Shown one piece after another: positions 9,614 through 19,637 of a stretch of 64,000 bases of DNA. Made by a program: the position numbers and the translations under genes. Under the pieces are notes generated by a model. It saw only the letters and a list, made by a program, of their open reading frames with translations, was not told the origin of the DNA and did not search any database. The DNA comes from Patescibacteria group bacterium (GTDB lineage: Bacteria > Patescibacteriota > Minisyncoccia > Phycocordibacterales > Phycocordibacteraceae), in NCBI GenBank assembly GCA_019744845.1, contig JAIETW010000002.1, forward strand, positions 69,759-133,758, in the 5' to 3' direction. Every line of letters starts with the position of its first letter. The stretch's first letter is position 1.

Positions 9614-10081
9614 ATGAAATTGTTCATCGCCACTGATCACGGGGGATACGAACTCAAGGAAAGCTTGAAGCCGTTTCTTACGGGCTTGGGCCATGAGGTG
9701 GAAGATTGCGGTGCGTTCACGTTTGATAAGGAAGACGATTATCCTGACTTCATTACGCCCTGTGCAGAAAAGGTGGCAGCGACTCCTGGAAGTATGGGCA
9801 TCATCATTGGTGGTTCCGGCCAGGGAGAAGCCATGGCCGCAAACCGGGTGAAGGGTGCTCGTGCAGCCGTGTTTTATGGAGAACCAACTCGGAAACAGAC
9901 GGATAGCGAAGGAAAAGAGATAGATATGATTGCCTCCACTCGGGACCATAACGATGCCAACATCCTTTCTCTAGGAGCTCGGTTTCTGACTGAGGAGGAG
10001 ATACGGGGGAAAATTGAGCAATTCCTTGCCACTCCGTTTTCCAACCATCCTCGCCACCAGCGTCGGATCAATAAGTTCTAA
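9614..10081 (+). CDS. rpiB: Ribose-5-phosphate isomerase B
   Basis: DHGG, DDYPD, GGSGQGE, HNDANILSLGAR, RHQRRI. Confidence 0.93.
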   Translation: MKLFIATDHGGYELKESLKPFLTGLGHEVEDCGAFTFDKEDDYPDFITPCAEKVAATPGSMGIIIGGSGQGEAMAANRVKGARAAVFYGEPTRKQTDSEGKEIDMIASTRDHNDANILSLGARFLTEEEIRGKIEQFLATPFSNHPRHQRRINKF

Positions 10082-10129
10082 GAATATGGATACCGTACGA
10101 ATGATGGAGGTACGGTATACTTTTAAGCA

Positions 10130-10855
10130 ATGGACGTGAAGGTCGTCCCCGCCGTGCTCCCCACGTCTCGCGACGATCTCGAGCGGCAGCTTAGTGAACT
10201 CTCTGGTGTCACTGACGAAGTGCAGTTGAATATTGTAGATGGAAAGTTCGCCGCTCCGGCGACGTGGCCATACGTGCTTCAAAGTCATGACCTAGAACAT
10301 TTGATTGCACAGCATCGCATGCTGCCAGGGTGGGGGAAGTTTCGCTTTGAAGTAGAGTTGCAGGTGAAGCGTCCTGAAGATGTAGTGGGGACCTGGATTG
10401 CACTTGGCGCGACGCGGCTCACTATTCACGTAGATAGTATTGGTACCCCTGATCGCGTTCTTCGTGATCTTGAGGTGCACTACGGGCACGATAAAGATTT
10501 TGCACCGGATCTTCTCTCCGTAGGATTTGCGCTTGGTGTTGATACTGATTTTAAAGTGGTTGAACCATACATTGATCGTTTGGATTATGTGCAGTTCATG
10601 GGTGTGTCTCGTCTTGGGAAGCATGGGGAACCATTTGAATCAAAAATCATTGATCGCATTAAAGAGTTCCGTAAGAAGCATCCAAGTGTCGCAGTACAGG
10701 TAGATGGGGGAGTATCACGCGCGACGGCCCCTGCGCTTCTTGCCGCAGGGGTCTCTCGTTTGATTGTGGGAAGTGATCTGTGGCGTGCGGAAGATAAGAT
10801 GACTCGGTACAAGGAAATCAAAGTACTTGCTGAGCAGTACGGTATTTATGAGTAG
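10130..10855 (+). CDS. Ribulose-phosphate 3-epimerase-like paralog with substituted metal ligands
   Basis: QLNIVDGKFA, FEVELQV, QFMGV, VQVDGGV, GS. Confidence 0.8.
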   Translation: MDVKVVPAVLPTSRDDLERQLSELSGVTDEVQLNIVDGKFAAPATWPYVLQSHDLEHLIAQHRMLPGWGKFRFEVELQVKRPEDVVGTWIALGATRLTIHVDSIGTPDRVLRDLEVHYGHDKDFAPDLLSVGFALGVDTDFKVVEPYIDRLDYVQFMGVSRLGKHGEPFESKIIDRIKEFRKKHPSVAVQVDGGVSRATAPALLAAGVSRLIVGSDLWRAEDKMTRYKEIKVLAEQYGIYE

Positions 10856-10902
10856 CATGGGGATTTCGGTATTCGTGGTCATGCAGGTAGAATGGCGGCA
10901 AC

Positions 10903-11559
10903 ATGATTGAGATAGTCCCGACGGTCGTCCCGGAGTCTCTACAGGACATCGTTGATACGGTGAATCGGTATAAGTCATTCGCGACTCGTATTCACGTAGA
11001 CGTAGCAGATGGAGTGTTCGCACCGAACACCACCTGGATGCCAGGAGAGGGAGAGATGCTTCCTGAGGGAATGGAGTACGAGATCCACATGATGGTGGCG
11101 GACCCGCATACCATGGGACTTCAGTATGCAAAGGCAGGAGCACATTCTTTGATTGGACACGTAGAAGCGTTTGACGGCGCAGAGAATGCGGCACGTGCAT
11201 ATGACGCCTGGCGCGCGGCAGGTATTTCTGAAGTACAGGCAGCGGCCCTCTTCCAGACCAAGGTAGAGGATCTTGCTGCGTACGTGCCGATCAGTGACCT
11301 GATTCTTCTTATGACTATTGCCTCTATCGGGGTACAGGGCATTCCGTTTGAAGAAGAGGGCATTACCCGTATACAGAAGTTCCATGCACTCTGTCCCGAC
11401 ACCAAGATTGCCGTAGATGGGGGAGTGTCCATGAAAAACATTGATCGCTTGGTAGGAGCCGGCGCACGACACTGCTGTGTGGGCTCTGCGATCTCTCGCA
11501 CCGAGGACCCTGCAAAGTCCTACCAGGACCTCATCGCACTCGGGAACACTGCGCTATAA
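10903..11559 (+). CDS. rpe: Ribulose-phosphate 3-epimerase
   Basis: IHVDVADGVFAPN, EIHMMV, VDGGV, VGSAI. Confidence 0.88.
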   Translation: MIEIVPTVVPESLQDIVDTVNRYKSFATRIHVDVADGVFAPNTTWMPGEGEMLPEGMEYEIHMMVADPHTMGLQYAKAGAHSLIGHVEAFDGAENAARAYDAWRAAGISEVQAAALFQTKVEDLAAYVPISDLILLMTIASIGVQGIPFEEEGITRIQKFHALCPDTKIAVDGGVSMKNIDRLVGAGARHCCVGSAISRTEDPAKSYQDLIALGNTAL

Positions 11560-11569
11560 TCCTTTCTAT

Positions 11570-12409
11570 ATGGCCCTCACCGACGAGACCCTACAGGCAC
11601 TTGAAGACAAGGCGCGAGAGATTCGCATTACTGTCCTCCGGATGTTGAATGCCGCAAAGAGCGGCCACACGTCGGGACCTCTCGGCATGGCTGATATTTT
11701 CACTGCGCTCTATTTTCATAGCGCAAAACATGATCCGAAGAATCCTGACTGGGCAGAGCGTGACCGCATCGTGCTTTCAAACGGACACATCACGCCGATT
11801 CGTTACGCCACTATGGCGCATGCAGGATACTTCCCAGTTGAAGAGTGTTTGACGCTTCGTAAGCTCGGCAGTCGTCTTCAGGGACATCCTGAGCGCGAAA
11901 AGCTTCCTGGTCTTGAAAGCACCTCAGGTCCACTTGGCTCAGGACTTTCGCAGGCATCTGGTATGGCGTACGCGCTTCGCATGGATAAAAATAATGCACG
12001 CGTCTTCTGTTTGACCTCAGACGGAGAACAGCAGGAAGGAAACACCTGGGAGGGTGCAATGTTTGCAGGCAAGTATCGCCTCTACAACCTCATCCAGATC
12101 ATGGACCGTAACAACATTCAGATTGAAGGAAACACAGAGGACATCATGCCGCTTGAACCCCTTGCGGATAAGTATCGTGCATTCAATTGGCACGTGATTG
12201 AAATTGATGGGCACAACATGCGTGACATCATTGATGCGATTGATGAAGCAAAAGCAGTGCGCGAGAAGCCAACACTTATTCTTGCCCGCACCATTCCTGG
12301 TAAGGGAGTGAAAGATATTGAGTACGATTACAAATGGCACGGGAAGCCACCGTCTGATGAAGAGCTTCCGCGCTTCATTGAGCAGGTAGAAGCCACCAAA
12401 ACCGTATGA
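11570..12409 (+). CDS. Transketolase, N-terminal subunit
   Basis: SGHTSG, DRIVLSNGH, LQGHP, SDGEQQEG..WE, WHGK. Confidence 0.93.
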   Translation: MALTDETLQALEDKAREIRITVLRMLNAAKSGHTSGPLGMADIFTALYFHSAKHDPKNPDWAERDRIVLSNGHITPIRYATMAHAGYFPVEECLTLRKLGSRLQGHPEREKLPGLESTSGPLGSGLSQASGMAYALRMDKNNARVFCLTSDGEQQEGNTWEGAMFAGKYRLYNLIQIMDRNNIQIEGNTEDIMPLEPLADKYRAFNWHVIEIDGHNMRDIIDAIDEAKAVREKPTLILARTIPGKGVKDIEYDYKWHGKPPSDEELPRFIEQVEATKTV

Positions 12410-13392
12410 TTAATCCACTCGCAAAACTTGTTCCAGGACTTCTTGAGGGGAAGCCGGAAAAGAAACCGACCCGTGATGGGTTTGGAAACGGTACGGTAGA
12501 AGCAGGGAAGGAGAATCCAAATGTGGTGGTGCTCTCTGCAGACCTCGGTGACTCTACGCGTGCCGCGTGGTTCCAGAAGGAATTCCCTGACCGCTATGTA
12601 GAAGTAGGGGTCGCAGAACAGAACCTTGCGACGGTGGGTTCTGGCATGGCAAATGAAGGAAAGATTCCTTTCATTGCGTCATACGCTGCTTTTTCTCCCG
12701 GACGTAACTGGGAGCAGATTCGCACCACGATTGCGCTCAATAATATGCCGGTAAAAGTGTGTGGTATGCATGCCGGGATTCAAACGGGTCCCGATGGCGC
12801 AACGCACCAGATGCTTGAAGACATCGCGCTTATGCGTGCGATGCCAAACATGATCGTGATGGTGCCAGGAGATGCAGAGGAAGGAAAGAAATGTGCCGTT
12901 GCGGCTGCGCGCAACAATCGTCCGACCTACATTCGCTATGGACGTGCAAGTGAGCCTGTATTCACGACCCCTGAAACACCGTTTGAGGTAGGGAAGGCAC
13001 TCAACCTTTGGGAGAGTGCGAATCCAAAGGTTGCGATTTTTACGACGGGCTCTATTGCATACCAGGCACTTGTTGCCGCAAAGACGCTCGCTGAACAAGG
13101 GGTGGACGTCATCGTCACCCATTTCCACACAGTGAAGCCGATTGATCGTGAGGCGATTATCACTGCCGCAAAGAACATTGGGAAGATTATTACTCTGGAA
13201 GAGCACCAGACCACCGGAGGATTTGGAAGTGCGGTCGCGGAGGTGGTGACTGAAGAATATCCCGTGCAGGTGATTCGTATGGGAGTACAGGATGAGTTCG
13301 GGCAGTCGGGAGAAGCGGACGAACTTATGGAGCACTACAAACTCACCGCTCCCCACATCGTGGCGAAAGTGAAGAGTGTGACGGGCGTATAA
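12406..13392 (+). CDS. Transketolase, C-terminal subunit
   Basis: GVAEQN, GPDGATHQ, EEHQ..GGFG. Confidence 0.93.
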   Translation: MINPLAKLVPGLLEGKPEKKPTRDGFGNGTVEAGKENPNVVVLSADLGDSTRAAWFQKEFPDRYVEVGVAEQNLATVGSGMANEGKIPFIASYAAFSPGRNWEQIRTTIALNNMPVKVCGMHAGIQTGPDGATHQMLEDIALMRAMPNMIVMVPGDAEEGKKCAVAAARNNRPTYIRYGRASEPVFTTPETPFEVGKALNLWESANPKVAIFTTGSIAYQALVAAKTLAEQGVDVIVTHFHTVKPIDREAIITAAKNIGKIITLEEHQTTGGFGSAVAEVVTEEYPVQVIRMGVQDEFGQSGEADELMEHYKLTAPHIVAKVKSVTGV

Positions 13393-13399
13393 TATCGCT

Positions 13400-13570
13400 A
13401 TGGGAAAACAGCGCGTTGATCCACACGTAGAGAAAGGGTTTGCGCTTCTCTTGGTAGTCATGGTTTCTCTTGCGATTGGATATCTTATTTCGCAGGCAAT
13501 GACACACAATAAATTTGAACGCTCGGAGCAGACTGTAGAAGAGAAGATTAAAGAGAGCGATAAGGAATAG
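13400..13570 (+). CDS. Small single-TM protein (56 aa)
   Basis: MGKQRVDPHVEKGFALLLVVMVSLAIGYLISQ...KESDKE*; fills the tkt-fbp gap and has TATAAT upstream. Confidence 0.6.
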   Translation: MGKQRVDPHVEKGFALLLVVMVSLAIGYLISQAMTHNKFERSEQTVEEKIKESDKE

Positions 13571-13571
13571 T

Positions 13572-14495
13572 ATGGCGACCTTGAAAGAGCATCTTATAGA
13601 ACTTGGTATAGACGCAGGACTCACGTCTATTCTTCTTGATCTTGCGAAGGTAGAGGTAGAGATCTACGACTCTATTCGTATGCGCGACATGGTGAAGAGG
13701 GGAGACACGAATGCGACGGGCGACACACAGTCCGCGCTTGATCTTACGTCTGAAGAACTCATTGCAAAAACCCTTGATGCAAATAGCCATGTCTGTTCGC
13801 ACCTCTCTGAAGAGTGTGTGGATCTGAAGACCTGTTCGGCGACTGGTACCTACTTTGTCTCGTATGATCCGTATGACGGCGGGTCGGTCGGAGATGCCGA
13901 TATTACCGTCGGCTCTATCTTTGGTGTCTGGAGCGAGCCACCAATGCTTGGAGACGCCGCAGGGAAGAACATTATCTGTGGTGCATACACGCTCTGGGGA
14001 CCGAACCTCGCGTTTGCGTTTGCGACGCGTGAGTATGGTGCGTTTTGGTATGAGTATGACGGAAGCGAGTATCAGCTCATTGGTCCTCTTAACTTTGACC
14101 AGGAAGGACTCCACAAAGGAATCTTCTGTCCTGGAGATAGTCCTGCGATGCTTACGAGTGCTGCGTATGAAGGATTGTTTAAATACGCAATGGAGCAAAA
14201 GTTCCGTCTTCGCTACACCGGCTGCTGCATGACCGACACACACCATGTCCTTCATAAGAAGGGAATGTTCTGGTATCCACCAGGTAAGAAGGGAGGGCTT
14301 CGTCTTATGTACGAAGCCGTTCCACTTGGATTTATGGTGATTGCCGCAGGGGGCACCGCGATAGATCACACGGGCGCGAATCTCTTAGAGGTACCGTTGA
14401 ACGAATGGCACCAGCGCTCCTCACTTATGTTTGTGTCTCCTGGATACGAAAAGGAAGCGACCGAGCGCTTCCTTGAAGTAGGGAAAGGAAATTAA
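13572..14495 (+). CDS. fbp: Fructose-1,6-bisphosphatase class 1
   Basis: NATGDTQSALD, LSEE, DPYDGGS, LRYTGC, LRLMYEA. Confidence 0.85.
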   Translation: MATLKEHLIELGIDAGLTSILLDLAKVEVEIYDSIRMRDMVKRGDTNATGDTQSALDLTSEELIAKTLDANSHVCSHLSEECVDLKTCSATGTYFVSYDPYDGGSVGDADITVGSIFGVWSEPPMLGDAAGKNIICGAYTLWGPNLAFAFATREYGAFWYEYDGSEYQLIGPLNFDQEGLHKGIFCPGDSPAMLTSAAYEGLFKYAMEQKFRLRYTGCCMTDTHHVLHKKGMFWYPPGKKGGLRLMYEAVPLGFMVIAAGGTAIDHTGANLLEVPLNEWHQRSSLMFVSPGYEKEATERFLEVGKGN

Positions 14496-15481
14496 ATTTC
14501 CTTAATTGCGTACTCCGTCGGTGCTTTGGCGAGATATTCTTCCAATGCTTTTCTCGGAAGGAGTCCGCGCTGTGCACCGATGTCCTGCACGACGGACATA
14601 GAGTTCACTGGGCCCCAGAGAAGTGCTTCCTGAAGTGTCTTACCGAGGGTGAGTGCTGCAGCCACAGTGGAAGCGAATGCGTCTCCTGCACCGGTGCGTT
14701 CTTTGGGAGCGCGAACATCTGGATACATAGGAACAAAGAATGTCTTGGTGCCATCATACGCGTACGCACCATTACGTCCGTCGGTGATAAGTGCAATTTT
14801 TGGACCAAGCGCGCGCATCTTCTCTAGAAGTTCTTTGATGTCTTGAGGGCCGGAGAGACCGAGAATGCGCTCCGCTTCTTCTTTATTGACGACGACAAAG
14901 TCTGCGCGCTTGTAGATACGCGCAAGCTTTTCAATACCAAGTTTCATCTGGAAGGTGCCAGGTTGAAACGCAAAGAATACTTCAGGATGCGCTTCTGCGT
15001 ATGCAGCAACCTGGTCGTGATATTCCTCTGTGCCTTCTCCAAGAGAAGAGAGATAAATGGTCTTTGGCTTGGGAAGCTTGGGAAGCGCGTAGGGGTAGTG
15101 CTCGTGCTTCACGAGGATGGTGCGCTCACTTTCAAAGGAGAGCACATAGTGATGATTCGTCGGGATACCCGCGTGCAGCTTCACGAACTTCGTATCAATC
15201 TTTTCTTTTTTGAATACGTTCAAGATCTCTTTCCCGTAGGCATCCTTTCCGGTGTTTGTGACAAAGGCCGTCTTAAGGCCAAGGCGAGCCGCAGACACCG
15301 CGGCATTTGCGGCATTACCCACGCCGGCGACCATGACTGCGGATTTAAAGGGGATCTTATCGCCCCATCGCATAGAAATCTCACACTCTTCATCATCAAT
15401 CTTGCAGTGTACGCGTGCGTCCTGCAGCTCAATAAACTCATCAACAACCGTATCACCAATGGAAATAAATTCTGTAGTCAT
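14492..15481 (-). CDS. PfkB/ribokinase-family carbohydrate kinase
   Basis: GNAANAAVSAARLG, NKEEA, TGAGDAF. Confidence 0.9.
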   Translation of the reverse strand: MTTEFISIGDTVVDEFIELQDARVHCKIDDEECEISMRWGDKIPFKSAVMVAGVGNAANAAVSAARLGLKTAFVTNTGKDAYGKEILNVFKKEKIDTKFVKLHAGIPTNHHYVLSFESERTILVKHEHYPYALPKLPKPKTIYLSSLGEGTEEYHDQVAAYAEAHPEVFFAFQPGTFQMKLGIEKLARIYKRADFVVVNKEEAERILGLSGPQDIKELLEKMRALGPKIALITDGRNGAYAYDGTKTFFVPMYPDVRAPKERTGAGDAFASTVAAALTLGKTLQEALLWGPVNSMSVVQDIGAQRGLLPRKALEEYLAKAPTEYAIKEI

Positions 15482-15513
15482 AGGGAAAAGTGTAGCATGC
15501 TATCCTTTTAGTA

Positions 15514-16494
15514 ATGATTGATCTTGAAGCCTGCGCACGGTCTCTCGTCGCCGAAGGGAAGGGACTTCTTGCGCTTGATGAAAGCGATGAGGCACTTGAT
15601 GCGCGATTTTCCGCGGTGGGGATCACACCATCTGCACCACTTAGAAAGAAATACCATGATCTGCTTCTTCAGACGCCTGGTATAGAAGAGTGTATTTCAG
15701 GTGTCCTGCTCTCTAAAGGAGGTGTAACAACCTATGCAAAGACTCTTCACGACCGGAACATCGTTCCTGGAATTCGTGCAGATGAAGGAGCAGAGCCAAT
15801 GGGCGAGAGTGAGCACGAGTGTCTCACCAAAGGGCTTATTAGCCTTCCAGAGCTACTTACCGAGTCTCGGAAAATGCATCACACAGGCTTTGCGAAGTGG
15901 CGTGCACTTATTCGTATTAACGGGGATCATCTGCCGACCGCGAATGCAGTCGTGGAGAACGCAAAACGACTTGCGATGTATGCACGCCAGGTACAGGAAC
16001 ACGGAATGGTGCCTATCGTAGAGATGGAAGTAAGCAGCGAAGGATCGCATAGTCGTCTTCGTGCAAAAGCAGTGACTGAGGAAGCGCTGTCTGCCCTCGT
16101 GCACGCGCTTGAAGATCAGGCGATTGATCTTTCCGGCGTGCTTGTAGAGACGTCTATGGTGCGTTCGGGAAAAGAGAGTGGACGAATAGACTCACCAGAA
16201 GAAGTGGCTGCAGATACCCTTGAGGTACTTCAAAAGGTCGTTCCTCGTCATGTACTTGGGATCGTCTTTCTTTCCGGAGGACAGACACCAGACCAGGCCA
16301 CTGACAATCTGCGTGCGATCGTACAGGCCGGAAAGAAGGGAAATGCGCCCTGGCCGCTCACGTTTTGCTATGCTCGTGCCCTTCAGGAAGAGGCACTCGC
16401 CATATGGGGAGGAAAGGAGGAGCATGCGGGTGCCGCCGAGGAAGCCTTCCTCACACGCCTACGGAAAGTAGGGGCCGCTGCCCGTGGGGAGTAG
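15514..16494 (+). CDS. Class I (eukaryote-type) fructose-bisphosphate aldolase homolog; Schiff-base Lys appears replaced
   Basis: GKGLLALDES, FAKWRA, VPIVE, FLSGGQ, PWPLTFCYARALQ. Confidence 0.85.
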   Translation: MIDLEACARSLVAEGKGLLALDESDEALDARFSAVGITPSAPLRKKYHDLLLQTPGIEECISGVLLSKGGVTTYAKTLHDRNIVPGIRADEGAEPMGESEHECLTKGLISLPELLTESRKMHHTGFAKWRALIRINGDHLPTANAVVENAKRLAMYARQVQEHGMVPIVEMEVSSEGSHSRLRAKAVTEEALSALVHALEDQAIDLSGVLVETSMVRSGKESGRIDSPEEVAADTLEVLQKVVPRHVLGIVFLSGGQTPDQATDNLRAIVQAGKKGNAPWPLTFCYARALQEEALAIWGGKEEHAGAAEEAFLTRLRKVGAAARGE

Positions 16495-16540
16495 GGAGCG
16501 CTTGATTTTATGGGGTTGGTAGGGCATACTCGCCCCTATC

Positions 16541-17185
16541 ATGCTTACGCTTACAGTTACGAAACGAGAGGAGACCGGCAAGCGCTCAAAGCGCCTTTTG
16601 AATGACGGATTCATGCCGGCAGTGGTTTATGGACCAAAGCAGGAGGCCACGGCAATCACCGTGCCACTTTCTGACTTTGTGAAGATGCTTAAGAAGGCAG
16701 GAGAGTCCTCAGTGATTGAGCTCTCAGGTCTCGGCGCATCAATGCAGGTGCTTGTGCACGAGGTAGACCGCGATCCAATTACGGACGCACCTCGCCACGC
16801 AGACTTCTATGCAATTGAGAAGGGTGCCAAGGTTGAAGTTGCGGTACCACTTACCTACGTTGGTGAGTCTCCAGCGGTGAAGGCAGGCGCAAACCTTGTG
16901 AAGGTGCTTCACGAGCTTGAGATTAAGGCGGATGCTGCAAACCTTCCTCATGACATTGAGGTAGACATCTCTGGTCTTGCTGCGATTGGTGATCAGGTTC
17001 TTGTATCTGACCTTACGATTCCTGCAGGTGTTGGAGTTGAGGTAGAGGCAGATCAGGTGGTTGCGGTCATCCAGGAGCTCACCGTTGAAGAGGAGGCACC
17101 AGTTGCCGGTCCTGACATGGCATCTATTGAAGTAGAGAAGAAAGGAAAGACTGAAGAGGAAGGAGGAGACGCCCCGAAGGAATAA
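16541..17185 (+). CDS. rplY: 50S ribosomal protein L25/Ctc
   Basis: PAVVYG, HADFY, LPHDIEVDISGL. Confidence 0.93.
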   Translation: MLTLTVTKREETGKRSKRLLNDGFMPAVVYGPKQEATAITVPLSDFVKMLKKAGESSVIELSGLGASMQVLVHEVDRDPITDAPRHADFYAIEKGAKVEVAVPLTYVGESPAVKAGANLVKVLHELEIKADAANLPHDIEVDISGLAAIGDQVLVSDLTIPAGVGVEVEADQVVAVIQELTVEEEAPVAGPDMASIEVEKKGKTEEEGGDAPKE

Positions 17186-17193
17186 TCTTCATG

Positions 17194-17220
17194 AACACGC
17201 CGGTCACACCGGCGTTTTTT
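17194..17220 (+). terminator. Rho-independent terminator
   Basis: acgccgg-tcaca-ccggcgt followed by a T run. Confidence 0.8.
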
Positions 17221-17265
17221 GTAATCCAGACGACAAAAGGTCGTCTGTTATACTGAAAGACATAT

Positions 17266-18612
17266 ATGGCGTTTCGCGCTCTTTTCGGTGGCTTCCTCAT
17301 CGTTCTTGTCTTCGTGACGAGTGGCATATTTGTCGCACCCACAAGCGCCCAGGAACTTTCGGAGAGTGAGCGCGAAGAACTTGAAGAGGAGTATGACAAG
17401 CTTCAAGAAGAAATTGCACAATGGGAAAAGATACTTGCCGAGACTCGTGCGCAAAAAGGCACACTCCAGGGAGACGTGACGGCACTCAATGCGCAGATTC
17501 GCGAGGCGGAGGCCCAGATCAAAGCAAAGAACAATGCCATTTCACGTTTGGGTGGAGAAATTAAGCAGCGCAATACTCGGATTGGGGAACTGGAAACGAA
17601 GATTGGATCGGGGCAACAATCGCTTGCGGCGATGCTTCGTCGTCAGAATCAAGTAGATGATCTTACGCTGTTTGAGATTGCGCTTGCGACCGAGAATGCA
17701 TTCTCCCTTTTTGAAGACGTAGACAACATGATTTCCGTACAGATTGGACTCCATGAGGAGTTTGCCGAGCTTCGTGGTGTGAAAGCAGAAACGGAAGCAG
17801 AGCGAGAAGCACTTGCGGCACGACAGGATGCAGAGCTTGATGCACGCTACGTGGTGGAAACAAAGAAAGCCCAAGTTGCCAAAGATGAAGCAGAGAAGCA
17901 GCGACTTCTTGCAATTAAGGCAAACGAAGAGGCTGCATACAACCAAGTACTGGTGGAGCGTCAGGCACAGGCCGCGGCAATCCGTGCACGTTTGTTCCCA
18001 CTGCGCGATACGGAAGGAATTGAATTCGGGGACGCCGTTGCGTATGCACAGCAGGCGTCGGCAAAGACCGGAGTGCGTCCGGCACTTATTCTTGCCATCC
18101 TTTCGCAGGAGTCTGCGCTCGGCACAAATGTGGGTAACTGTTATGTCACCGATCTCACCACTGGAGACGGAAAGGGGAAGAATACTGGCACGCCATTTCT
18201 TGGGGTGATGAAAGTGCCGCGCGACACCGTACCGTTTGAGCGGATTACGACCGCGCTTGGAAAAGATTGGTCAACGACTCCCGTGTCATGTCCGCAGCCT
18301 GGTGGATACGGGGGAGCGATGGGTCCAACCCAGTTCATTCCTTCTACCTGGGAAATGTTTGAAGGACGCTTGAAGACTGCACTTGGAGTGTCAGCCACCA
18401 ACCCATGGAATGCAGGGCACGCCATTATGGCCACCGGTATTTATCTTGCAGATGTCGGTGCAAGTGCAGGAGGATACAGCGCCGAACATCGCGCTGCAGC
18501 GACCTACTATGCAGGATCAGGATGGGCCACACGCGGCCAGACCTACGCAAACTCGGTGATGGCAAAGGCAACCAAGTTCCAGGAAGATATTGATTTCCTC
18601 GCGGACAACTAA
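17266..18612 (+). CDS. Secreted coiled-coil plus lytic murein transglycosylase (SLT/MltB-like) protein
   Basis: Signal peptide, long coiled coil, ILSQES, GAMGPTQFIPSTW. Confidence 0.85.
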   Translation: MAFRALFGGFLIVLVFVTSGIFVAPTSAQELSESEREELEEEYDKLQEEIAQWEKILAETRAQKGTLQGDVTALNAQIREAEAQIKAKNNAISRLGGEIKQRNTRIGELETKIGSGQQSLAAMLRRQNQVDDLTLFEIALATENAFSLFEDVDNMISVQIGLHEEFAELRGVKAETEAEREALAARQDAELDARYVVETKKAQVAKDEAEKQRLLAIKANEEAAYNQVLVERQAQAAAIRARLFPLRDTEGIEFGDAVAYAQQASAKTGVRPALILAILSQESALGTNVGNCYVTDLTTGDGKGKNTGTPFLGVMKVPRDTVPFERITTALGKDWSTTPVSCPQPGGYGGAMGPTQFIPSTWEMFEGRLKTALGVSATNPWNAGHAIMATGIYLADVGASAGGYSAEHRAAATYYAGSGWATRGQTYANSVMAKATKFQEDIDFLADN

Positions 18613-18669
18613 GAGTTATCCCCGTTATATACAAAATCGTAGAAAAATCCTGCGTACAATAGAAGGTAC

Positions 18670-19635
18670 ATGGAAAGTACCAAGCCGAATTCGTTGGTAG
18701 TGGCTGCGGGCGTGATTATTCTAATTGTGCTTCTCGTTCTTGCCGTTGCCTATCTGCCGTTTTTGAGTGGAGTGAAAAGTTGGTGGGATGTGGTGACTGC
18801 GCCTGCTGCAGTAAAAGAAGTGGGATACCTTGGACTTGAAGACGGGAAGGGAGTGGTCTACACCGTCGGCATGTTCGGCATTCACACACGTTCATTTGAA
18901 GGAATGTCCGTCATAGACTATGTGGCGAAGGGGTCATCTCAAGTGGCAGTACTTAAATCAGGAGATGTTTACGATGTGTACGACGTCTCATCTTCTGAGC
19001 CGGTGAAGCTTACGACTGATGGACGCCAGAAAGACTCACTAGATATTTCATCTGATGGATTGAAGGTGGTGTATGGCGTGAAAGTACGCGCAACCACATT
19101 TGCGGGAGCGGGCGAGAATGATCAGATATACAATCTTCCTGATTGGGAAGTGCATGAGATAGATATGCTCTCTCGCACGTCTCGTGTTGTTGGGCCAGGC
19201 AATCACCCTCGCTTTTATGCAGACGGGATTCTTTACCCAGCCCCTGCAGGATTCGTGTACCGTGTAGCGGGTGACAATGGCATCTTTGATGCGCTTGATA
19301 CCTGGAGCATCTATCCCGATGTGATGGCGTATCGTGTCCTTCGTCTTCCGGTACTGACGGACGCAGGGCTCATGGCATTCCCAAGTGTCGCCACCTCTGC
19401 CTATGATGCAGTATCGGTAACTTCAGTGGCACCACTCGCATTTGCAGCAGCACCCGACGCACCGATTGACGTACCGCCAGGCACCTACGACCTTATGATT
19501 CGTGGAGATCATGAGTATGTCCTTCTTCAAGGTGCGAGGGGAGCCGTAGTCGCGAAACTTACTGACGGAGCTATGAGGCAGGTCTTCACCTTCCCTGCGT
19601 CCTATGCCCCGCAGCGGTTCGCTCACATTCGTTAG
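18670..19635 (+). CDS. Membrane-anchored beta-rich (TolB/propeller-like) hypothetical protein
   Basis: N-terminal TM; KLTTDGRQKDSLDISSDGLKVVY; GPGNHPRF. Confidence 0.6.
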   Translation: MESTKPNSLVVAAGVIILIVLLVLAVAYLPFLSGVKSWWDVVTAPAAVKEVGYLGLEDGKGVVYTVGMFGIHTRSFEGMSVIDYVAKGSSQVAVLKSGDVYDVYDVSSSEPVKLTTDGRQKDSLDISSDGLKVVYGVKVRATTFAGAGENDQIYNLPDWEVHEIDMLSRTSRVVGPGNHPRFYADGILYPAPAGFVYRVAGDNGIFDALDTWSIYPDVMAYRVLRLPVLTDAGLMAFPSVATSAYDAVSVTSVAPLAFAAAPDAPIDVPPGTYDLMIRGDHEYVLLQGARGAVVAKLTDGAMRQVFTFPASYAPQRFAHIR

Positions 19636-19637
19636 TT

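Noticed and set aside
9140-14369. Long antisense ORFs (9140-9949, 12679-13509, 13548-14369)
   Set aside because: They overlap well-identified enzymes on the opposite strand.
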